DNA of 64,000 nt from NCBI GenBank assembly GCA_964016885.1, contig OZ024740.1, forward strand, positions 359,290,001 through 359,354,000, in the 5' to 3' direction. The position numbers and the translations under genes are program-made. The DNA is from Eledone cirrhosa (lineage: Eukaryota). Positions within the stretch are counted from its first letter, which is position 1, and each line of letters opens with the position of its first letter. Below, piece after piece: positions 54,414 through 64,000 of this stretch. The notes under the pieces are model-generated. The model had not been told where the DNA came from. It saw nothing but the letters and a program-made list of their open reading frames with translations, and made no database searches.

Positions 54414-55325
54414 ATGTTGATTGCTACTTCTTGTCAGAAGAGTACCATCCCTTCATTGAACATTGCACAGTCATGTGCACGCAGGTGACTTTTCAGACCC
54501 GCTTTTCTTTTGCAGATACGTTCACAGATGTGACATTTGAACTGTCTGTCTCCTGCCAATACCGGCTGAGGTGTGTTTTCGTGCATTTTACCATTTCTGG
54601 TCAAACCACCCACTGACTTGCAAATTAAGCCACACTCACTGCAAATATACCGTGGAGTGTGTGGCAGTAGAACCATCGCACAGTTGGCTCGATTTCTCCC
54701 AGGCTCATGTGATTTCAGATGGTTAACAAAACCAGCTCGTGTTAGAAGAAATCAGCCACATACATTGCACCTCAAATCTTGCTGAATGTTTGCAGGTATT
54801 TAACTTAAGTCCCGCTTACGAACTGAAGGCTTCAAAATAACATGCTCCACTGGCTTTTCTTTTTCTCAAAGACGTCACATCTATATTTGATAATCTTTCT
54901 CCATGATGTACGTTCTTGAGCCAGTCTCTCCCAGTTCTCCATATCAATCTTCAGAGCTTTAAGATTGTCTTTTAAGACATCCTTAAACCGGTTCTTTTTC
55001 CTCTAGGCTGCTCCCCATAAAACAGATGTTTAGGCAGCCTTCCATCCTCCATCCTGACCACATGACCAGCCCAGTGCATCTGACTCATAATAATACTCCT
55101 CTCAATACTGGTGCTACCCGCTTTCTCAAGTACTGGAAGTTCAGGATGCGTCGTATACAAGGCTGATGAAATCTTTCCAACTTCCTGATATGATGTCTGT
55201 AAGTTGTCCACGTTTCGTATCCATATAGCAGGGCTGTAAAAATACAGGCCTCATACACAGAGAGCTTTGTATTTTTCGTGATACCCCAATTTGACCAGAC
55301 TCGCCTCTCAAGCTTCCCGAAAGCA
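54414..55325 (-). mobile_element. RTE-clade LINE 3' fragment with C-terminal C2H2 zinc fingers
   Basis: AFGKLERRVW...LLYGYETWT, WAGHVVRMEDGRLPKHLFYGE, CSECG..., CHICERIC...LKSHLRAH; (TATG)n tail. Confidence 0.9.
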
Positions 55326-55387
55326 TACATACATACATACATACATACATACATGCATACATGCATACATACATACATACATACATA

Positions 55388-55998
55388 CATGGTGGCTGCC
55401 AACTCGTTTTCGAGTACGGCCACTACTTTATATCCACGTAGGAGAACCCCTACCGATGCGCTGAACGAGTGTGACTTTTTAGTCCAGCCAGCGACTTGAA
55501 AACTCTGGTACAAACACTACACTTGTGACAATTACTGACACATAGGGCTGGGCCCATGGTACCATGTGACGACAAGTGCAGAGAGATCTCCAGATATAAA
55601 GCAATGCCTGTGCCGTGAAGCTTTTATGGTGAGCAAAGGCACTGCACAAAGCCAGTCCCACTCTCTTAACCAAGATGATATTTACCAAAAAGAAGAACAA
55701 GTCAACATCATTGGATACCATCAGAGTTGCAGGTGTTATATCAGAGTTTTCCTTCTCCTAGAATTCTGCCTTGACAAAGGCTAAGGGGTCATCTCTCCCG
55801 GTGATTTTGGATGGCCATTGACTCTTAAGAGCTCCTTTGCCTTTTGACAGGTTTTATTTTTAGTCCTGCAGGATGTCCAAAGTCACCCTCCTCACCAAGA
55901 AACCTTGGTGGGGTTGCCAGTTTAGTCTCTAACGACCCGACCATGGGACAGGTTGTACTGGGATACATATTACCAGTAGCACCAAGTGGTGACCTGAC
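55388..55998 (-). mobile_element. Non-autonomous RTE-derived element (about 610 bp)
   Basis: Near-identical to 53738-54347. Confidence 0.85.
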
Positions 55999-56031
55999 AT
56001 ACATACATACATACATACATACATACATACA

Positions 56032-56061
<30 letters not shown>

Positions 56062-56063
<2 letters not shown>

Positions 56064-56202
56064 CGACATTTCCCTCTACCACTCACAAGGCATTGATCAA
56101 CCTGAAGCTACAGTAGAAGTTCCTTGTCTAAGGTCCATGCTGCGGGGTTGAACCCGGAACCAACTGGTTGTGAAGCTAACTCCTTAATCACTCAGCCATG
56201 CC
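56062..56202 (-). mobile_element. tRNA-derived SINE fragment
   Basis: Minus strand aggcatggctgagtgattaag...gggttcaacccc (A/B boxes). Confidence 0.6.
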
Positions 56203-58449
56203 TACTCCATTATATTATAATTGGTTGTTTGCTTTACGCTCACTTATCACTATTACATGAAGAGCGATAGGCAATAATCCGATTAGAAAATTCCTATCAT
56301 TTGTGACAATAAATGTAATTGAATTAGCATGGGCTGTTTTAACTTGTGCAGAGTTTAAAGGTGACGTGATTTAACAAGATTTTTAAATTCAAAAGAAAAA
56401 CATGAAAAACGCTTTGCAATATTTAATACAAGGAAACACAACGAGTACTAAAGGGAGAATCAGCTATACAGTTGGCCCTTTGAATTCATAATTCATCCAA
56501 CGGACTTCCAAATAGTAGTTTCCAACTACAAAATTTTCCAACCCGGGGCCATGGTAAATAAAACTTACTCATGATACCACGCACTGTGACTGAACCTGAG
56601 ACTTCGATTGCGAAAAAATCTCTGAAATATTGTTGCGCCAGCATTCTACAACACAACATAACTTTAATAACAGAATATAAGGAATAAACAATATTAAACT
56701 TAACATAGTCAAATAATAATAAAATATAATTACCTGTGCAAATACAACCAAATAGATACAGTCATATAAAGATATGGTAGAGAAAATTAATCAAAACTTT
56801 GAAAAGATAAAATTCATTTTGAAGACCGGCAAAATTCCAGCAAAATATCCTATTACATGAAAGAAATAGAACCTTTATCGGGCAAACTATTTAGCTATTT
56901 GCAGATTAAACACAAATAAATAATATAAATATAAGATTTATAAACCAACTAATGTACACCATAACGAAGTTATTTACTGAAGTTGTTGTGTCGAAATTTT
57001 CAAGAAAACAAGAACACATACATCAGAAGACTGGAAATAAATATTTCAGCAGGAAACAAATAGAAAAATAAATAAAAAGATTCGGCAATATGTGAAGAAA
57101 GCAATGTTATATAGAATAAATTAAAATCTAAAATGAACGTGAACAATTTTCGAAAATACCGCATAGCTTCAATAAATGAGTCAAATAATTCAAACGAAAT
57201 ACAATGTTGTGAGAAAATAAACAAAAGTATTTACAAAGTATTAAAAAACAACACTACAAAACTAGAGATTAATCCAAAGACGGGAGAAAATACGAGGAGA
57301 AAAAACAAAAACATCTACAAACAAAAAGAAAAATTGAAACATATACTAACACATATATGTACAAGTAATTATAGCTAAAATTATGACAAGAAAAAAGGAA
57401 AGAAAAGAATCATCTAGAAGTCGTCTGGAATAGATAAAATGCAAGTTTCTGAATAAAATACCTACATACACTTTCACACACACACGTACACACGTCCTAA
57501 TATTTTAATGAAATAATTAAATCTTCATCTCAAATATTAGAATGTCCTACACCAAGGAAACAAGTTTAACCAGCATTGTAGACCAATCGCAGGTATTCTT
57601 GCTTTCTACAAGACCCTGCAAGAAGATATGTATATTGATATTAACACTGACCATGATTTATAAACGTTGATTTGAATTAGTTGTTAAAGAGGTTTATATG
57701 TCTATAAAGATTAACATTTAGTAAATAAAGTAGCTTATAAGCAGAAAAAGAAGACCGTACGTACCTCCTGATTACGTAATGACCGATTCTTTTATCCCGC
57801 ATTCATAGATCATTGAATCTATAAGAAATATCTAATATATTACCAGTAATTATTAAAATGCCAAGATGGAGTAACTATATAATATTAAATTGCAAGGAAG
57901 TTGTCCTACATGCCGAGAAAAATTGTCACATTGAATCTCCCTGAGAATTATGTTATGGGTGCACGTGTCTATGGAATACCCATCCATTTGCACCTTAATT
58001 TAAAGAGTAATTTGTTCCGTTGAGCAATCAACTGGAAAACTCATCGTCGAATCGGATAGAGGTCCATTCTATTATGTCTGTAAAGCTGTACTAGACACAG
58101 CCAGGTAAAGTAAGACTCTGTTACAAAGAAGCAGACAAATATTTAGCAGAAATAGTTATTTTAACAATACTTTCTTAAAACAACGGAAAATGAATTTAGC
58201 ATTAAATAAACGTACACACGATAAGAAAAATAATTATTAAAGGAACGAAAACATGAAACAATTAAGAAAACTGACTCATGAGAATTTCCAAAACAACTGA
58301 AAATACTCGATTGCGATAAATATCGATGCATCATCCCGTTCTTTTGACAGATAAGGGAAGTCTCAGAGAAGTCAATCTATCTACTAGAAATAGCAGCTAA
58401 ATCATCCTCAAATAATTCTCTAGTCGAATTTTATAATTACTATCAACTC

Positions 58450-59130
58450 TTTACTCGACATTTCGTTGTTTCTCTGCCGGTATTTGGATTGGTAAATATC
58501 AAACTGGTCGCTGTAGCTTTAGTTATCTGACACCTTTCGTATGGTCCTTGCCAAACCAAACAAACAACCAAGGTAGTGGTCGGTAGAACCAATAAGGACA
58601 AGGACTGGTATAGCATAGGTTCTGTTGTGACAAAGAGATCGCGTGAGTTTGGAGTGTCTTTGTGTTCACAAGAGATACAGGCTGGAGGTGTAACACGTTG
58701 GCATAAATTGTCCCGGATTGCGAGAGATTCGGTTTTTGTACTGGTTACGTTGGCGTGGGATGAGTGTGAAAGCCATGGGAAGCTATAAACATTGAAGTTA
58801 CCGAGGACGATGACTTCGAAGAGAAGGGAAGAGAGATGTTCTCAACTCAGAAGATATGTTCGATGGGTGGATGATGGTTCGAGGTGTACTAAGAAAATTG
58901 AGAGCGGGCCGCTTGAGCAACATTAACTGGAAGTCTTTGTTGGTAAAATCTAAGTGAGAGAGGTGTAATACAGGGAGTGTAAATTCTAGGTATGCACAGA
59001 CGCCACCTTCTTTCAGAGAGAATTTGGGAAGAATAAAGAATGTAGCTTGAGCATCAGAAACAGAGCTTACGAAATTTGTATCTTAGTGACGAAACAGGAT
59101 GTTGGTCGTGTAAGAGGGAAAGTTTATGTA
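58450..59130 (-). pseudogene. CR1/Jockey-like APE endonuclease relic
   Basis: GGVCAY and HSSHAN...L.Q.V..P remnants on the minus strand; many stops. Confidence 0.4.
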
Positions 59131-61598
59131 TATTAGAAACGCTGAAAGAGAATTGTCCAGTGGCTTAGTTTTGTTTCTTTTTTTTTGGGGGGGGGGGGCA
59201 TCTTGAGAGTGTAGAGGGTGAGGATACGTCGTGAAGTTGCGGAAACCCCAGCCTGGAATCTGGTCCGGATGGTTACAACAGAGTGAATTACGCTAAATAT
59301 ATCCATGAGCTAAGTGGTTCTGTTAAACCAGGGGTCGGAATGTGCTTACCACCCGAAAATGTGGAGATGTCTGTATGTCATTAATAATAGGACTATATTA
59401 GAAGAATTTTAGTGTTGACAAAGAGGCAAGCAAACAATATGTGTGCATAATTTCATTTGTGTTTGTTGACAAGTAACAATATAATAGTTCTTTCGCAGAG
59501 TACTTTCAGAACAACGCTCGATATGAGGTGGGTAGGTAAAGAGAAGAAAGAATGAGAAAGTGTCCATGCGGAGTAAGACATAGAGTGTGATAGAGAAAGA
59601 TAGATTCAGTAACAATGCTACTGTCGCTGCCTCCCCCATATGCTATATTTATAGGTATTTTACAGAAGTACTTTTGTTTTGAATATAGATTTACCCTTCT
59701 TTTTTGTTAACTGCTAAGTTACCTTCATTTCCATTCGAAATTAAATGAATATTTTCACAATTCTAATTATTGTAAACTCGAAATTAAGATTACGTAAAGT
59801 TTCATCTTAAAATCCTATAATTCGAGTGAGTCATCTATTTAATATAAACTGAATGGCAGCATATTTTTTTCTTTTACTTGTTTCAGTCATTAGACAGAAA
59901 CCATACTGGTGCATTACTTTGTTAATTTGCCCGTTAGCTATTTACAAATACACAATATAAGTATATGCGATACATGTGCGTTAATGCACAAAACTGGTCG
60001 ACTTCAGCATTTTTTCTTTAAGATGTAACTAAAGATTTATTTTTGGGAAGGAAAGCTCGTCTTTCTTTGTGTATTTATTTTGAAATCATATTTTGGGGTG
60101 AGAAAATCTTCTATAATTTCATTGAATTACAGTCACTGAAATATTTTATCTTTCCTTGCCTCATCCAAATGCGTCTTTAATTTCAGATGTGTATGTAGAA
60201 AACAACAGGATTTAGAAGTATTGATTTCTTACAGAAACATGAAATCTCATTCTTATCATAGAATAAAAACTGAGATGGTCTAAATAAAATTGCTATTGAC
60301 GATAATAATAAATGTGGAAGCGCAGACTTTCCTTGCCTGCAGCTCACTGAATCTATTGTTACTTTCAATTAATAATGCATATCAAATACCAAACTGTCTA
60401 TATTAACAATCTCCATTTAACTGCCCACAGTTTTCAATATCCAAGTATACAAATATTTTATTTGGCTTATTTTAGAGTGCTGACAGTAAAGTTTTATAAA
60501 CATGGAACGACATCTTGAAGTGAGTTCATGACTCTGTTGTGAGACTATCAAGCAACCAACCGAGAGATCAGTATTTCACATTCTGTAATTAACAGTCGTT
60601 GTATTCATAAGCAAGGCACTTCATTCTCAAACGGACGAGCTCATCCGGCTATAAAGCAAATTCGTATTTCCGGAATGGATCAAAAGAATTACAGAATCTA
60701 TGCAAAAACATCTAGAGTTCTTTAGGGAATCGTATAGTGGAATGATTCCCTCTTGCCTTTGCCGGGTAGATGAGAAACGTAACGAATGTTCTCAAAAAGC
60801 TGTTGCATGCTTGCTATTTTGCGAAATAGTTCGAGATAGCTAACAGATTCAACTAGATTTTCTAAATATATTAGTGATAGGATTTATTTTAAGCGTGAGG
60901 TCATTTATTGAATATATGGAAATTCATAAAGAATGATTTACGACATATTTCACCATGATAAGTGTTCTTTGATATGTACCTGATGAACAATGAGTCTACA
61001 TACATCAGTTTGATGATCTGATGCATGTAAATTTCATTGTCCAAGTTAGAGAAACATTACAAAAAATATGCATTAAATTTAAACTTACGAAATATAGCCT
61101 GGTAGATCGACTAACAACTTAACAACTTAGCTATATCACTTCTCACAAGATAGCAAATGCTGTAATTAACTTGAGCAAATTAATCAGCATTGAATATGAC
61201 AGATAAGAAACTAATGTAAGGCAGGGTGGTTTGTAAATATGCAACAACTAAGCTTAAATACTGACATTCATTAATTCTGCCCGTCAATTCCTTTGTCAAA
61301 CTTGTCAACTGTATACAACGTTTTGTAAAAATCTCTAATATACTGTTTGAAAGTAATATAACTTCTTACTTTTCCCACTTGACAAACATAATTGAGATAC
61401 GTAAAGAAAAGCCGATTGATATTTAAACTAAAGAAAATTGTAGGTACCAAGGTTATCAATGACGTGGTTGCTGCCAAACTTAATTACAAATCCAACAGAG
61501 AAATAATCAGTAATAAGTAACTATAAATTGATAATTATCATACAACGGTGGTAATATTTAGCGTAGCTATTGACCTGATATATATATATATATATATA

Positions 61599-61691
61599 CA
61601 GGGTGTGCCAAAAAATGTATACACACTGATTAACTGTACAGGCAATATTTATTAGAATGCTGTTGAAGTGTGTATATACTTTTTAGACACC

Positions 61692-61694
<3 letters not shown>
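61599..61694. mobile_element. Tc1/mariner-type MITE
   Basis: TA-cagggtgt...acaccctg-TA; shares internal atttattagaatgctgttgaag with 1554-1632. Confidence 0.8.
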
Positions 61695-61743
<49 letters not shown>

Positions 61744-61918
61744 GCACACCCTACCTCCATAAAATAGAATGGCACATTAAATAATGTAATACTTCCAAAT
61801 GACGGAATAGTCACGGGCAGTATAACAATCAGTTTAGGTTTACTTGGTCAGTGTTGGCAATGGCGCTAAACAACAATTGGTAGCTAATCAATGATTTGCT
61901 TTCATGAATCGATCAAAT

Positions 61919-62100
61919 AATTGTTTCTACTTTTGGCACAAGGCCAGCAATTATCCTAGTGTATTACTGGAACTTTATTTTATCGACCCTGTAAGGATGA
62001 AAGGCAAAGTTAACTTCGGCGGGATTTGAACTCAGACCATAAAGGACCGTAACTCTTTGCTGCAAAGCATGGCGTCCGACCCTCTACCGATACTGCCAAT
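61919..62100 (-). mobile_element. SINE family A
   Basis: Collinear with 41299-41489. Confidence 0.85.
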
Positions 62101-62647
62101 AATGATGACCCATCTGTGTATGTGTATGTGTGTATATGTGAGTGTATGTGTGTGTATGCAAATATATAATACAAAGAAGCATTTAGTTTTATCATTCAAA
62201 TAAGTTTCTGTAAACCTCAAGTTTCTAACTTAAAATCTAATTTATGTGAAAGAAATGAATAGCAAGCAATTACTTTGCTTCCAAGTAACATTCTATTGGT
62301 TGTAGAACGAGATTTTTAAAACCAAGAACGTCAATCATCTTCTATACTTGTGATTTGAAAGACATCTTAATTTAAGAAAGACGTGCTGTGTTGGGTAGTG
62401 TCGAGCGTCGTGGCTTAGAGGTAAGCTTCTCCTGAATTAAGCCGACTTCATAGCAATTTCTTGTTTGAAGTAATTTTTTTAATTGACGCAAAGAGGGTAT
62501 TAGAAATATAATTCAGATGGACATGTGTATTCGGGCTATTTCTGTTTTAATGCACTGGTTTTCATCGCATGTTGATATATACAGTTACTGCTCAGAAAAG
62601 AAGTGCATTTCACGTTCAATTCCGAATCACTCACAAAATTCTTTAAA

Positions 62648-62693
<46 letters not shown>

Positions 62694-62738
62694 GAACAGA
62701 CGATAGATAGATGGACAGACAAATATAGATAGGGAGAC

Positions 62739-62776
<38 letters not shown>

Positions 62777-63067
62777 TGCCGTAGTTACCGAATAGTGCTC
62801 GTATTTTCTAGTTGTCAGAATCACTTTGCTGAATAGAGTCAAGACCCAGAATTTTTCACATGCTTTCAGTTACAATGCGATTCGGAACATGAAATCGAAC
62901 ATAAAGATTAAGTTCAAAGGATAGACTGAAATGAATAACCCGATATTCCATTCAATTTGAAGTTAGTAAATACATATATTTACAGATAGACTGGAATTTT
63001 GAGTGTTAATCTCCGATAAAAAGAGAGGAGATGCTAACCTTTCGAGTAGTACTTTAATACCATGTTG

Positions 63068-63129
<62 letters not shown>

Positions 63130-63153
63130 ATCTCTCTCTCCCGCTCTCTCTCT

Positions 63154-63226
<73 letters not shown>

Positions 63227-64000
63227 ACAAAATAACTGACTTTCAAATTTTTGAATGTTTTAAACTTTTAGTTAATAAGCGCCAATAATAATACCTATAC
63301 ATGGTCTCTCAACCCGTTAAAAGTAGCACCCAAATAACACTCAGATCACGAAATATTACTGTCCTTAAAAATAGGACATATTGAAAAGAAAATGGAACAA
63401 TCAAGACTGGAACACCTAATTTGTATGAATCATGGCTGGTCTGATGCTAAACAACAACAGCAGCTGTCTATACCCAAGAGATATCAGTTAATTTGTTTGA
63501 GTTTCTGCAGTGTTTCCGCAAATAAACATTTTCTTTTCAAGTGGAAACGACTAGTCCTTTACTAAAAGACAGGGCCAGATTTTAATGACTGGAGGGTAAA
63601 ACTAAATTCTGTAAATCTTTTCATCCTGTGCACTGATATTTTAGTTAATAAGCTGTCTATACAGTGCTAAATTGATTGAAAGAATCATTGTATATTACTG
63701 GTATTTATTTGGTTGATCAAAGAGACATGAAAAATAAAGTCGTTCCCTCATACTACTTGGAATGTAAACTCAGAGTAGTGAAACTGAACACTGCAATGTC
63801 TAAAATCCGATATACGGAATACGGAACTATATCAAACGTCACTTTTTTTCCACTCAAAAGTATTGTCCTTAAATGAAGACAAGATTGCTGTATAAGTGAT
63901 TAAATCAATGTTTTCACTTTATCTTTATATTATAGAAGGAATTTATTCGCGGCTTAAATATTTAGAATTTAACTGATTGTTTTAAATTGTGCTCAAGGCA

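Noticed and set aside
54434-54676. Host C2H2 zinc-finger gene
   Set aside because: It lies at the 3' end of the RTE ORF, just before the element tail
53150-56062. CRISPR-like repeat-spacer array
   Set aside because: Repeats are simple (TACA)n, the spacers are retroelements, and the context is eukaryotic with no cas genes

Overview
AT-rich, microsatellite-dense animal genomic DNA. The SINE, R4/Dong and Penelope repertoire suggests an octopus or other coleoid mollusc (inference). No complete host gene is visible, only a few candidate short exons, so the window is probably intronic or intergenic. Most ORF-track entries are artefacts of (TA)n, (TG)n and (TACA)n repeats. The real coding remnants are transposable elements: a near full-length R4/Dong-type RLE non-LTR element (37.2-41.3 kb) plus deleted copies, a Tx1/L1-type APE+RT element (49.1-52.55 kb), an RTE 3' end with zinc fingers, an internally deleted mariner, CRE and CR1-like relics, and several Penelope-like element (PLE, Naiad-like) GIY-YIG fragments. 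The main hidden signal is non-coding. Short elements sitting in (TA)n tracts form fold-back (inverted pseudo-LTR) structures and carry type I hammerhead ribozyme motifs: about a dozen near-intact and several degenerate cores from many unrelated families. A second pattern is that R4/Dong and RTE-derived elements pile up in the same (TACA)n/(TATG)n microsatellite in opposite orientations. All folds and alignments were read by eye, not computed.
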